Of a stretch of DNA of 64,000 bases, positions 12,830 through 27,266 are shown piece by piece. The stretch spans positions 11,532,001 through 11,596,000 of the forward strand of contig OZ176054.1 in assembly GCA_964247055.1 (NCBI GenBank), written 5' to 3'. The translations under genes and the position numbers were made by a program. The notes under the pieces are model-generated. The model was not told the DNA's origin, did not search any database, and saw only the letters and a program-made list of their open reading frames with translations. This stretch comes from Paragordius varius. Its lineage: Eukaryota > Animalia > Nematomorpha. Position 1 is the first letter of the stretch; every line of letters starts with the position of its first letter.

Positions 12830-14200
12830 GCAGGGGACCCTATCTGAGAAAAGGGATACGAATTGTGATCCATATATGTAGATCCTTTCGAAACATTATT
12901 TGATAGTATTCATAGGAATTTCAAAACGGTGTTTCATAGAATTTACAAAACTGTGCATTCCTACTAATATATTGTTTACTGATGTCAAGGCACTATAGGA
13001 AAAACCGCTCTACTATATACCTTAATATGGGTATTATTTAAAGATTTATTTCGTATGGCTTATTTTATGGAAAATTAACTCCAAAACCACGTCATTTTTG
13101 TATGGCGTCTCAGTTATAAATCGATAGACCCCTACCCCCAAACCTATATAGAAAAAGCACTGAGATAAATTCTTTGCCTTAAAGGGAAAATATTTGAAAT
13201 CATTTCTAATACCATCATCTCATGGGTTTTCGAAATACCTTAACACTAAATAATCGCTATATGATGTTGTATTTTTAGGGCATACAAATTAACGGCTAAT
13301 AAAAAACGCCTGACCTTAATTTTTACCTAGTTATGGGTAATATTTCAAGCTTTTAAGAAGCTTATATGACTTCATAAGTTTCTTGTAAATTAGTCTTAAA
13401 ACAACGCAATATATGTTTTTAGGGGTAGTCCTTCCCAGTTGCTGGTATAAAAAAGCGTTTTGCAAAATTTTTGCCATTATATCGGGAATATCTGGAATTA
13501 TCATGGATTCCATATTTTCCTATAAGTTCTTGGAAATATTGCTTCGAAATTAAAAAATTGTTCTATGGCGGCGCATTTTTCAGGGCGTAAAACTTTACTT
13601 AGCGACTCATTGAAACCCCCTACTAAAATATTTGTTTTTTAAAGGGGTAATAAATATTTTAGGCCCTTATTTAACTCACATAGTCTCATAGGTTTTCTGA
13701 AATTTCAGAGACATGCTCTATCGATAAAATGACGCAGTTTTGCCCCTAACCAGTGGCGAACAAAAAAACGCTGAATTAAATTTTTGACTTAATTCGGAAA
13801 ATACCTGGAATCATGATTGATTCCATATGCTCCCGTGTGATTTCCGAAAAATTGCCTTAAACCAAAAAGTCATTCTATGGTGGCCCATACAGGGCAAGGG
13901 CCTAATCGGCTAATTTCAAAAAACCGAATGACCTAAATTTTTGTTTTGGTACGGGTAATATTTTAAGCAGCTATTGAACTCATATGCCCTGATAGGTTTT
14001 CTGAGATTTAGCCCCAAAGGCACGCTATTTAGACATGACGGGGCAGTTTTTAGCGGATACCTCCTTACCCAACAGCCAATATGAAAGAAACGCACAATTT
14101 TTGCCTTTTAACAGGGAATACATGGAATACTCATTGAATTTTTTCGGGTCTCACACCTTGGGCGAAAAATAGATACAAAAAATTTTAATTTTTTAAAAAA
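12830..14200. repeat. Diverged tandem array of 4-5 units of ~310 bp
   Basis: Anchor GGGTAWTA recurs at 13029, 13335, 13645 and 13953 (spacing 306/310/308). A second anchor, AATAYHTGRAA-like, recurs at about 13189, 13487, 13799 and 14117. Confidence 0.7.
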
Positions 14201-15394
14201 ATAGCATTTTACGGGCGGAGCGGGTAAAAAGAGGGCCTAAATAAAAGAGCCGACGCTTGGCGCAATCAAAAAAGAGTCAAAAAAATTATATTTAAAATCG
14301 AACGGTTCAATATCCCGGAATAAAAGACATGATTTTTGTGGACTTCTGTTTTCTAAAAAACCTTTTACACGGGGTGGGCTCGAACTGGGGCTTAATTCAA
14401 AAAAAGGGCGAAGTGTCGGGGCATTTGTTAATAATTTTCGACATTTTGATTTGAATGGGTCTACCCGTTTTCCGTTAACAAATCAGAAAGTCAGCATTTT
14501 CCATTTTAATAGATATGTAGATGTTACGGGAATAACAATTTTCTATATAATTTTTCGTTTGACAAATAACAAAAACTGTACTTTCTAAACCTGATAAAAG
14601 ATTTATCAAAATATCATAAATTAATTTTGTCAATTTTTAATTTTGAGGCATTTCATGCCGAAGTACTGAGTAAAAGAGCCATTAACCTGAATCTTACGGT
14701 ATGAAGTCCAAGATTTATAGTTTAACCACTGAGCGAAAGGCTGTAATCCTAAGTTATAGTTCGAGCAGAATATATTAACCAATTAAAAATAGGCCAATCT
14801 TAGTTTTTACCGCAACATAAACCATTTTTTCACAAGTTATGGGGTTATATTTATAGAGGGTACTATATTATTTTCTAAAATAATTTATAATAAATAAAAG
14901 GTAATTAATATATATATATATATATATATATTATAATTATTTTTTTTAATTTTAAAAAGCAGTACAAAAGTCGGCGCAGTACAGGCGCAGTTTTTTTCGA
15001 AAACCCACTGTACTGCGAAAAACAGCCTATTTGGTAACTTATTTTCAGGATTGTTAACAAAATGTAGATTTAACAAGACAATTCGGTCAAATAAATATAT
15101 TTTAACCTTACGGCAAATTTCATTAAAGAAATCAAAGGTTATTTGAATGTTCTTGAAAATATAAATAAAGTTATAAAAATGTTCAAAGTGCTGTGTATCA
15201 GAATCACTAATTTTGATATATTTATATAAATAAAAATTTTCCTATAAAACTAAATATATTGGTTATAATCAAAAAATATAATACTCCTTTTAAATTAATT
15301 TCTTTTTATTGAAATTATATTATTTAATAATTTTTACTTTCATTCCACTAAACATATAAAATAGCAATCAATTGAGTCATTCGTTCATATTACA

Positions 15395-18300
15395 ATGGTA
15401 TCAAAGGAATTTTTTTCGCTCCTTCTATGGACCATAAGTAACTCTAATAATATATTATATTTTAGGTCTGAGTTATGGTTTATCGTTTGATATTTGTGCT
15501 AAGGGCCCCGATGCTTGGTGTAAAAATTTAACGACAATGAATAAATGCGGAGCCATAAATTTTTGTCTTAGTATGTATAAAAATCAAAAATCTGTGGATC
15601 TGGTATATATTTGTTAGCTAATATTTTATAGCCTCAAGATGATAAATGTCAATTTTGTGTTTATATGGTTCAAGATTTAGTTAGTCAGGAAGATACGTCT
15701 CTAGTATTTTTCTGTTTTTTATTTTTTAGGATAAAATCGGTCAAACTCTAGATGAATCATGTGCTATGTTAGATGAACCATATAAATCTTCCGTATAAAA
15801 TTTAATTAATTTTTTAGTGTTTGCAAACCGAAAACAATAAAGAAACCATTCAACTCATGATCCGGAACACTATTGTAATATTTTATTTTAGTAATGGGGA
15901 AAACTTTTTTAAAAAATATTTAGGTAAATTATAATTATAAAATATATTACATATTCGATAAAACTTTATAGTGTTAAGTAACCTTTTAAAATTTTAAATT
16001 TACCTCTAGATAAAATTTGATTCAAGCAGTCAATTTTACTAGCAATAATTTAATAACTGATTTTAAATTTTTGGCAATATAATATAAAAATTATTAATTT
16101 TTGAGATGCATTTTACAATATTTATTTTTTTCCTAATGTACCTAAAAAGCGTAGATTGCATCATTAATTATCATTGGTAAAAATGATTTTATTAAATTAA
16201 AATTGTTATAGGGGTTAAATACATGCCAAAAAATTACTAGTGTGTTTAGAATTTATTTTATTTTAACAATCTCTTTTTTGCGTGGTGTTCATTAGTCACC
16301 GTTTTGGATATGTAATGCCATGAGTTTATGCGATATAAAACGGGAACAATCAATCCCCACTTTACGAGATGGTATACAACACATTAACTTGTTGGAGAAT
16401 TTGCAGGATCCTTCACAAAAAACTGTATAATTTTTTTACTTTTCTGTTCTTATCGTTTGAATTTTATTTGAAATTTTTTATATCATATAAATTTATAATT
16501 ATTTAATATATTTAACAGTACAATTTTTTTCTTATCGTTAAAAATTCTTCACTTTGAAACCTAAAAACTTCCAATGATAAACACGTATAATTATATAATG
16601 AAAATTTGAGGTTAGATATACTTGATTAAATTTAAATGTTTTAAAAAAATAAGCAATTTTCGGAAACAAATTCAAGATGATTTTTAATATGCTTTCACTT
16701 TAAAACATTTTTTTGTTAATATTGTGCATTAAAAGGTTAGAACAACTCTATTTTGTAATTTGATTTAGTGTATCTCCAAATTTTTTATAGATAAATAAAA
16801 TTGAAATTAGTATGTGGTCGTCAACTACCTCATTAAACAAATCACTATTTTAGAAATCATATAAAATATTTTTATGGATATTTTATAATATATTTTTTAA
16901 TAATTTAATTATCAAATTTTTTTCTACACATTTTAGCTTAATTCTATGGTTGATAAATTGAACCATATCCTAATCGGGGCTGGTATGCATGATGAAAATG
17001 GCCATACAAATTCCTCCGAAAATGATTTAAAAGGAGATCCCGAAACTATTAAGCCTTACATTGACGAAAATCATAACCCATGGGTTAAATTAATCCCTGC
17101 AGAAAATATTAACGCGAATGTTGAAAATAAAAATAATGTTATTAACATAGATGAAGATGATATTTTGTCTGATATTTCACCTCAGTTCGTTTATTCGATC
17201 ATGAAAGAACCCTTGAAACTCATGGTGGCAGAATTTAGGACGCAAGCTTTACAAGCTAATGTTAAGGTAATTTGTTTAAAAAAATTTTTTAGTTTTAGAC
17301 TTATTTTCATGTAAAATTAGACTTATTAAGGCCCCTTATTAAGGCCCCTTATTTAAGGTTAATTCATTGCAAAGTAGAATTAGTAGTTTACGGGCTAATT
17401 TTTTATTGACTTTTACTACGATTAAACATTAAATATTTTTGATTGTAATTTGAATCTAATAAGATTTTATAAACACAATTATTAGATGAAAACTTTAAAA
17501 ATTACTTTTCTATTTCCTTAAATACTTTTATTTTAAGTTTATTCTGTGCCTTTTTTTATCATATTTACTTGTTTGAAACATGATATTTGTCTGTTTAGTT
17601 GAAAAAGATGTGGTAATCTTTATATGTTTTTTGTTGATATATTATTTACAATTTAAATTCATCCTAAAAATAAATTATGTATTTTTGAACTTATATAACT
17701 CATTTTGAATATGAAATATATCTTTATGGCATAGATTTTTATTTTTTAGTATTAGTTTAATTTAAAACAAAGTTTTTATTTTTAAAAATATATATAGCTA
17801 ATTTTTGATCTTAAAAAACACATAATATATTTTAGGGTGAATTCGAATTGTTTAAGGGAGTGATCTGTAAATGGTAAATTTATTTGAGAAATAATTATTA
17901 AATTAATCTATTATTTTATTATATAATAATATTTTAATAATTCCTACAAGGATGAAAACTTGTGTGATATGTGCGTTAAAGGGACCACCGGACTCGAATT
18001 GCTTTTGGAAAAGAAGGAATTCCAGGAAGATTTGATTGCTTACTTGCGAAATTTTTGTAACATTATAGAGAGTAGTGTTAAAAAAACTATGGTATTTTTT
18101 GATTTTATTAAACTATATTGTATCAGATTATATATAATTAATGTTGAATAAAAGTTCGGTTTATTAGTTATATATATATATTATAATTAGTCAAAAACTT
18201 TTTATCTGTTAGATTAGAATAAAATTATGAGATTTTTGGAATTTTAATTCATTTTAATACATTATAATTAATGGTTGGTTATAAACTCTAATTTTCAGAA

Positions 18301-21300
18301 ATTTTAAATAATGGTTAGTTACATTTTAAATTTCGCAGTAATTGCTATTAATATAACTTTTAAACACACTATTATAATCAGCTCATTATGTTTATGTATT
18401 GTTACATACATTTTAAATTCCCATTATAGTATGCATTTTAATATGGTTGCTTATTTCAAACTATATTAGGGTGCAATTTGCAACACTGGTGTGTATGGAA
18501 AAAAAGTAAGCAAAAATTGTTTATTTAGCATTTTTTTGTTTTTTCCATATACTACTGTTGCAAATTGCCCTACTATAGTGTGAATTAAGCAACTATTAAA
18601 ATGCATATTCTATTATATATTTTATGTACATTTATGGCAATGATGACTGTATTAAGCATCGGGACTGGTTATTTATTTTATTAAAAAAACCAAACCCAAT
18701 ATACCACAATTATTACATAAAATTACTCTTAATTTCTTAAAATAAGTCCCAATTTACATATCAAGTTTTACCTTTAAATTTACCCCTAACTGTTAGTTTT
18801 TTTACATGCATTCTAAATAAATTATGCCACCATAAATATAAATGAGTATTTTAAATTCACGCCCTTAATTTTTACAAAACAACTTATTTTAAAATAACGT
18901 TTTTGTAAAAAATATTTAAAGCGTTTTTTACAAAAAATATTTATTATATTTATCCTACAGTGTAAAGAAGCCTTGAAGGAAGAGGTCCCCGAGTTTTTAG
19001 CTTTCCTTAGTAAAGAGCTCAGGGCATTCAATGTGTGTATTGATGCCAAATTTTGTACACCTAAACTGTTACAATTAGTTCTGACCAAGGTAATTTATAT
19101 TATAATAATTCTGAGTTTTTAACGTTTTTTTTTACTTATTTTCCATTTACGGCTAAATTAAGTACAGTATAAAGAAAATGAAGATTCATTTAATGTCTAA
19201 CGCCTAAATTAAAGTTACAAGGCTAATATCTAAAGTCGAAATTATTTTTGAAGTAAAAGATTGTTGTCTTTTTTTAAAAGTGATATATCCTTTTTAGGTC
19301 TCAACTTTAAATTAGTCTATTTCACATAAGCATAAGGGTTTCTTTAAAATTAAAAATTAATAAAATAGATTAGCTTTCAATAATAAAAATGACATTCTTT
19401 TATTATTTTAGTTAATATTATATATAAATTTTTTGGATATAAATATAATTTTTATACGTTATCCATATTCAGCCCTTGAACTCTTCAAGCTTATGCGAAG
19501 ATTGCAAAAAATTGGTTGAGCAGATACGTAAATTTATCAATAAAACTCAAGTATATTAAATTTGTCTATGGTTGTATTCATATGTATACTTTTTCCATAA
19601 ATATTATTTTAAATTAAGAATTTTAAAATATATATTTATTTCCATATAAGTATCAAATAATGTTGAAAGCTTACGGGGATTAAATATATTGAGATGTTAT
19701 GTTATTTAGCCATATTAAATACAGAAAAATTTAGAAATTTATCTTTATTTTCATAAGATTATTGATTTTTAATTTTATAATTTAAAGTTAAAAGAATTGC
19801 GCATATTTGTTGTGTTATTATAGTAGATTAACCATTGTATAATTTAAAAATGGTTTTTATATACCGAGATTTTTCCGAAGAAAACTATCTCTTTTATATA
19901 AAGTTTTTTGCGCCTTAATTTTTAAATAAAAATAAAGGTTAAATAAATTTTTTATTTGAAATAATTTTATATTATTAAATAGCCAAATGTAATGGATGGT
20001 GTGCGACACGTATGTCAAGCTATGCCAAAACGCCTTGAAGAAAAGTGTTCATCTTTAACACGAAATTATATCCCAGCCATATATGAATACATTAATTTGC
20101 TTATAGTAAGTCTATATTTTGCCTTAACTAGTTCAATTTTTTTCTAAAATTGGTTTTAGATTAGCACCAAGTATACGTTAAAAAATGATAGTTTTTCTTT
20201 TGATTATATTTAAATATTTATATTAATATATTTTTTATCATTAATTAGGTGTTAGAATTTTTTGTGAAATCATTTTTTTAAAAAGATTATACTTTACAAA
20301 AGCTGGATTATTCTTAAAGTTTGCATAGATATATTTCTTAATTAGTTATTAATTTTATTAAATTCCGGATATAATTAGCAACTAATCATAATTTTTTTGT
20401 AGAATTGAAAATTTTGTTATCTAGAAATAAATAATTTGAAGTAATGTTGTTTTATAAATATCTCATTATTAGTGAATGCAAAAATTATAAAATCTAAGTA
20501 TTTTTTACAAATAATATTTGATCTTTGTTTTTACCTATACAACCCATGTAATTACAAATGGGAATCAATTTAAAAAGTATATAACCGTCCTAAAACAATT
20601 TTTTTTAAATTTTATTTAACTTTTTAAATGCCCTAACATAGGATCCTGTACAAATGTGCGAAGCTTTTGGCATATGTATGAGCAATGCTGCCACACATAA
20701 TTCAGTTAATCAAATGAAAATGAAAGATGCCCTTGAAATTATAAGCCGAAATCTATTGACCTTTGGTGGACCACATTTTGGTGCACAAACGCCTAAGAAA
20801 CAAATAAGTAAGGAGGATGATGGTAAAAATTCAGATATGTTGGCTTTACCAGATTTGAATTCGCTTTCGAGATATGCCATACTACCGATTCAAAACGATG
20901 AAAATATTTCTCAAAATGGTGGTACTAAATATTTTATATTAGAATATGAATTAAAAAATATATTGCTAAGTAGATTGATTTTTCATAAATATTGTTGCCT
21001 CGGAGCATGCATAGTCAGGAAAAAAATTAGATTGGCAAGTAGGGTGGATTGAAATTTTCTTTATTGCAGCTAATAATATTTCTATTTACTAGTACTAGTT
21101 ATGCATTTTATTTATAATGCACAAATGCTAACTACTTTCTTTGATTGTTTTTTTAAAAAATGTTCATATTTTATCATCACCAAAATTGAAATATACCTTT
21201 TTTATTACTAGAAATAATTTATAAGTTTGTCATTAATATGCGAAACTTTCTTGGCAAAAATATATTAAATTATAGCTTGATATTATAAAAGCATTCGGAA

Positions 21301-24300
21301 TATGTTTGAAATATATTAGTTTTGATTAATTTCGTCCATAAATTTTTTTTTATATAAAAAAGATTAAAAAAGACATTTTTTTAAAAAAAGCAGGAAAAAT
21401 ACGGTAACTTATAAATTGTTTATATTTTACCATACATTTCTGTAATTATTTTTTGTAATTTATGATAACATTTTTCTAGATGATGAAAAAGATACGAATG
21501 ATGTACCCAACCCTGAAAAATGTCGAATTTGTACCACGATAGTTGATAAACTTATTGAGGGTATTGGCGATGACAAAACTATGGTATTTTTAACACAATT
21601 TTTTAATACGTTAAATAGCGGATTTTTTAAAATTAATCTTTTTTGAAAACTTGATTATAAAGGTGAGAAGTTAAAATTATCTAGCATTTAAATATAACAT
21701 CAATTAACTATATTCCATACCTTATTTCCTATACTCACTCACATTGGCTAAAAAATAGAAAAAAATTAAGCATTTTATTTTATATATGTCCCCTTTATTA
21801 CAATAGCAATTAAATATCAAAGCCTAGTAGCCTTAATAATTTTTTACTGGTATTTTTGCATATATAAATAAAACCATATTTTTTATATTATTTATTTATA
21901 TTTGTTTATCCAGTTTTTGTTGTAATAACTAAAAAAATATTGATTGGAATTATTTAAGTTCAGCAATAAATAAATGAATATATATTTTGAACATGATTTT
22001 TTGATTATTACTTGTAATCTTTGTCGAATGTAAATATTAAACAATAATATAAAATACCCATAAACTAGCTGTGGAAAGTTGCAGTGATTTTAATTTTAAA
22101 TAAACTTAACAGTTAAGAAGACCTTATCTTAATGCATGATCATCTAATTAATTTATTAGAGCCATTTTTACAAAAAAACTCACTATTAAAAGGTCAAGAG
22201 ACATCTATATTTATCTATAAAGAACATTTCGCTATTTGAATTAATTTCTGTGTTTTAAGGATAATATCCATCAAGTTATGGCCAAAGTATGTGATGGCCC
22301 CCTCGGACCCGACGTTGATAAAAAAATTTGTACCAATTTTATTACCCTTTACGGGGATTTGATATCTTTGTTACTGCAAAAAAATCATACATCAGGCACC
22401 CTTATATGTAAAAGTTTTGATTTTTGTCAAATCCCAAACCCACCGACCCATAAAACACTTTTGTTTGGAGCTCCATCTGAATCTAGACGATTTGGTTTAC
22501 GTTCCTCGCCTCACAGTTCATTGCAAAACATGAATAATATAGGTAGGTATTATTGAGAATTTTTTGATTTGGTTTAAAGTGGAATTTTATATGGGCCAAT
22601 AAAAATGATTAAATTATATTGAAATATATTTTTTTAGTTTTTTAAAATTGCATATGCTTGTGAGTTTTTATTTAAAAACATATAAAGTAAAACCTACTAT
22701 TTTAATTTTTAAAGAATTATTTATATTTTGATTCTTGATTATAGTTATTAAACTATTTATCTTTCAATCTTCACTTATGTAATTGTCTATATAATTTTAT
22801 TCTTTACCCTGTTTTGTTATATGTATAGTTGCACTCAATGCTTTACCGGGCGGTAGTGAAACGAATACAGTTAAATGTACGCTTTGCCTAACTATTGCGG
22901 AACAAATGATAAAATTGTTGGGAAATAATAGGACTCGGGTATATATTTATATGGCTTTTCTACTTTTTTTGCATTATTTTTGAATATATTTGTAAAAAAA
23001 TATAAATAAATCCATAAAACTACATGGCCGCTTTTAGTATAAATGTATAAAAAAATATTTGTTAGTCACAACATGTAATTTATTGTCCAAAATGATATAT
23101 TAATTTTAATTTTTTCCGCCTTATAACACACACATTAAATAAATTTTTGTTTCTTAAGTTACGTTAATGAAATAAGACCTAATTTTATTCTAAATTTTAA
23201 TATTATTTTTCAATCTAGATTTTGAAAATATTTGGGAGTGTTTTTTATAGCAAAAAATCTCATTGTCCTTTACTGTTTTTACGTTTTGTCTTTTTATAAA
23301 ATATTAATATTTCCGATTTTTACGTTTAAATCATTATTTTATATGAAGGAGAACATTGTTCATGCGCTGGATATGGTTTGTGACTTAGTACCTGGACATT
23401 ATCGTAAAGATTGTAAACGCTTCATAGATGATTATGGACAAACTTGTATGATTTTGTTTGATAACAATGTAAATGCCACCCAAGTGTGTCAAGCCTTTGA
23501 TTTTTGTCAACTGATTGATGATGGAACAAAAAATTATGCGGGTAATTCACTAAGAAATGAATTAGCCAGTCCAAGGGCGAAAAAGATACCAAATGCATTG
23601 GATATTGATATGCCTGTCATACTAGTTAATGGAGATGTAAATGGTAATGCTTTTTATTTTGGTAATTTATAGGTTACTTTTTAAAAAAAATTCTCATTTA
23701 TTTTCCCAAAGTTAATTTATGTTAAGATCTGGCTCGTTAGTTAAATTCTTTAATTTTATTAGTGTTAAATACGTAAAGAATATATTAATGTGGAATTTAC
23801 CGTTTCAAATTGAGAAGAGATTTGATCAAAAATTTTATTGTCACTAAATGCTAATAAACATTCAATTGAAAATATAATTTGTAAAATTATATTTTTGTAC
23901 TTACTTACACGTTACAAAAATGGGTCCGACCGATCATCAAATTTAACCAATGAAAAAAGAAACCCAAAACCAATTCATTATATCATACCATTTAGTCATT
24001 TTTATATAGCCGTCAAACATTTTTTCTTGTTTAATACAGTATTTGTGAACAATTAACTTAACCGCTATCCCTTAATTAACTAAGTGTTTAGGCTACATAT
24101 ATATTCCGTATACTAACATTTACATCCAACGAACAATGCATATTTTATTAAAAAACGTTAATTAAACACAATCGGCGATGATAAATTTAAATAATAAAAC
24201 AATAAAGCGTGAATATCTCGGCCAAAATTTGCGCATATCAGGATTTTTTAAACCGCAAAATAAGATACACAGTATGCATTTAAATGATTGTTATTTCACT

Positions 24301-25846
24301 CTATATAGTAGGGGGCAGTTTAACAACACAACAATAGTGTATGGAAAAAAATGGTGAATAAACAATTATTTCCTTTCTTTTTTCCATACACTACTGTGTT
24401 GCGAATTGCCCCCTATTATAGTGTATATAAGCACCCAATAAAATGCATACTGTACTTTATTAACCAGACAAACTGGTTATAATGTGGTATAGTTATAATC
24501 CTGACATTAATTTCAATGATTATTCCATTAATTTTTTCACACCCAATAATTTGGCCATATATTTACAATCTTTAGTGTGTTTTTTTAAAACTATTAGCAA
24601 TTTATATTTATCGTCGATCAAATGTAGTACATACAATGCTATAATTAATTTTTAACGCTTTCAAAATTATTTCGTTTTTTATAGTGAATGGTGATAAATA
24701 TTGTTCAGAATGTCGACTACTCGCTGCTTGGCTCGCCAAAAAGATTGGAGAAAATGCAACGGAACAACAATTGTTGGATATGGGACACAAATTTTGTCAT
24801 GAATTACCTGGGCACTTCAAAGTTGAGGTATTTTCCAAAAAAATTTGTTTTAGTACACCATTTACATTTAAAATTTACTTTTGGACAATTTAAATTCACC
24901 CTCGAACAATTCAAATTCACCCTATCCAACTAATATAACTCATTCATTATTAATATGAAATAATAGTTTATTATTTTTTCAGTATTATTTTAATTTAAAA
25001 CAAATTTTTATTTTTGGAAAATATACAAAATATAGGTAATTTTTGATTTTAAAAAACATATATTTTATTTGAGGGGGAATTTGAATTGTTAAAGGGTTAT
25101 ATATAATGGTAAAATGAGAAAAATACGTTTTATCAGTTATTATTAAATAAAAAATATGCTATTTTGATTTTAGCAATTTTGAATAAAAGATTTTGTTAAT
25201 TCTAATTTTTAATGGATAATTTATTATTTAATATGTTATATGTTTTGGGTAGTGTGAAAAGTATTTGGATGATTATGGGAGACAATTTTTACAATTGGTG
25301 AGCGAATATATGGATCCTGATGTAGTTTGCCAGGTATATTTTAAGCAGTATTCAAAAAAAAATTATTAAATTGCAGTGTAAAGTTTTCATTAAACGGTTT
25401 TTTACATAAGTAAAATTTATAATGAGGAGTCTAAAAAGTAAAGTTTTAATTTTTTTATCATTGAACTTAAAAGTTAACTCTGATATTTTATAATAGAAGC
25501 ATTTTTAATCTTTATAAAATCTATAATTACGGTTGAACAATGAGTAGATATATAAAAGAGTTACACACCCTTAATTCTAAATTTCATAATCATTATTTTA
25601 AATACAGATATAAAACATTACGGATTAGTAAATGCGGCCTGTTTCCATAAAAATATGGTTTTTTTATCTTTAAGATTAAAATTTTAATAGTCTAACCTTA
25701 ATATTCAATTTTTGCTCTTTTTACATTTAAAAATATATATTGTTTTATTTTATGATGATATACAGCAAGTTGGATTGTGTAAAGCTCGTCGCGTAGATAT
25801 CCTCACTTCAGCAAGAGATATTGAGAGAAAACATCAAATTGTTTAA
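15395..25846 (+). CDS. PSAP: Prosaposin-like precursor: signal peptide, one SapA and six SapB domains
   Basis: 19 exons: 15395-15437, 15466-15602, 15632-15703, 15730-15792, 15818-15874, 16296-16424, 16937-17266, 17951-18091, 18961-19089, 19473-19550, 19983-20105, 20642-20921, 21480-21583, 22260-22542, 22829-22938, 23349-23643, 24685-24827, 25253-25333, 25766-25846. SapA is CAKGPDAWCKN..KCGAINFC. Six CxxC...C...C...C..C sets follow (CQFC, CDMC, CEDC, CRIC, CTLC, CSEC). Stop TAA 25844-25846. Confidence 0.88.
17690..17872. mobile_element. MITE family A, partial copy (right end only)
   Basis: Shares the internal AT-rich core and the AGGGTGAATTCGAATTGTT end with the copies at 24888, 46190 and 51605. 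Confidence 0.55.
18426..18613. mobile_element. Palindromic MITE family B, copy 1 (prosaposin intron)
   Basis: Arms AGTATGCATTTTAA..GCAATTTGCAAC..GTATGGAAAA and TTTTCCATA..GTTGCAAATTGC..TTAAAATGCATA are inverted. A second copy is at 24270-24452. Confidence 0.7.
24270..24452. mobile_element. Palindromic MITE family B, copy 2
   Basis: CAGTATGCATTT...AAATGCATACTG ends and the same internal GTGTATGGAAAA/TTTTCCATACAC inverted pair as copy 1. Confidence 0.7.
24888..25107. mobile_element. MITE family A copy
   Basis: Left end AAATTCACCCTCGAACAATTCAAATTCACCCT; right end GGGGAATTTGAATTGTTAAAGGG is its inverse. Confidence 0.65.
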
Positions 25847-25908
25847 AACAAAACATATAAATTGATTATAGAATTTTATTTATTTATAATTAACCATTTT
25901 TTTCCCTT

Positions 25909-25963
<55 letters not shown>

Positions 25964-27266
25964 GTTTTAAACGTAAAAAATTGGGCTATTTTCTAAATGA
26001 TATATAATCATCAGAAACCATATAATGATTTATATTGGTTGGCCAATCTATGTAATGTAATTTTTATGCTTCTTTATTAATTTTATATTCTTATATTATA
26101 TTTCTTGCATCATTCACTCACTTTTATCCCACTATTTATAAATTTTTTCTAAATAAAAATAATAATATATATAATATTATTTTACAAATTTAGCTTACAC
26201 TATAAACATAACTATTAATAAATATTAAAAAAATTTTTTATATTACATAATTTTTAGCGCATGAATTATATTAAATAAAGTAAGAAACGTTAAGATTTTG
26301 ATTAAACCAGTAAAAATGATAATTTAAATATTGAGTTTCCAACTTACTTTCTCCTTAAAATTTATTAAGAAATAGTGGTTTAAGTAATTTGTGTTAATTT
26401 TGAAATTACTTATAGAAGGTTATGATTTCGTTTTTAATTTTTGTTTTTTATTTTTACAAATTATATAGCTTAGAAATATTGGAAAGAAATTATTTCTTAT
26501 ATAAAATATAAACATGTAAAATTGTCTCGGGGTCGGGAACCACTGCTATGCATTCCATAACACTACATCAAATTTTTCTGCCGCTCGAGTTTTTTGCATT
26601 TTCTGATATCTACTATCATTTTAACAGTAAATCTGAAATAATAATTATTATTTTACCTAAGAATTTTGTATTTTTATTGGGCCCTCTTTATCGATATTTT
26701 ACTAAAAAACTACAACAAATGCCCATTTGTATATATCATTCGAAAGGGTAAAGAAAACTTTATAAAATGCATATGTTTTACATCGATAGTTATTAAACAT
26801 AGGAAGCGAGAACATTTTTTCTTAATTAATATATTTTTATGGACGAAAATAGCTCAAACTTTGTCTAGATGACAAAAATAAATTATTTTATTAAAACTTT
26901 TATTTATTGCTTTTATGTCATTAAACGGTTATTTTTAGGTTTTTTATTTTTAAAAAAATTACCATCTAATCAATAATAATTATTTTCTTTAAAAGGTCTA
27001 TAATTTTGAAATTCTAAAGACTAAAAACAAAGTTTAAAGTATTTTTGATTTTTATAACGATTAGGTAATATATTTACAGTTATAACTATGCATTTTAGTA
27101 TCCATCAGGTAAAATAAATTTGATAATGTTATCAATAAAGCAAACCAAAAGCTTTTTCGAAAATTTTTTAGTTTTTTTACTAATCTATTTAAAATTAGTT
27201 TTGTAAAAAAATTTGACTTATTTAATAATGAAAATTTTGACCATATAAACCCAAATAACTTTTGCA

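Noticed and set aside
14690-14745. tRNA gene or tRNA-derived SINE on the minus strand (GCTCAGTGGTTAA A-box-like)
   Set aside because: No convincing B-box, acceptor stem or cloverleaf; at most a decayed SINE head.
15571-15638. Counting the 29-nt prosaposin intron (15603-15631) as certain
   Set aside because: A 68-nt alternative (gtatgt...cctcaag) also keeps the frame, so this intron is listed as ambiguous.
15680-15729. A 50-nt intron instead of the 26-nt one in SapB1
   Set aside because: It would shorten the span from the first Cys to the third Cys to 22 residues, against about 30-32 in saposin domains.
17322-17358. 13-bp tandem duplication TTATTAAGGCCCC x2.5
   Set aside because: Small intronic slippage event with no evident function.
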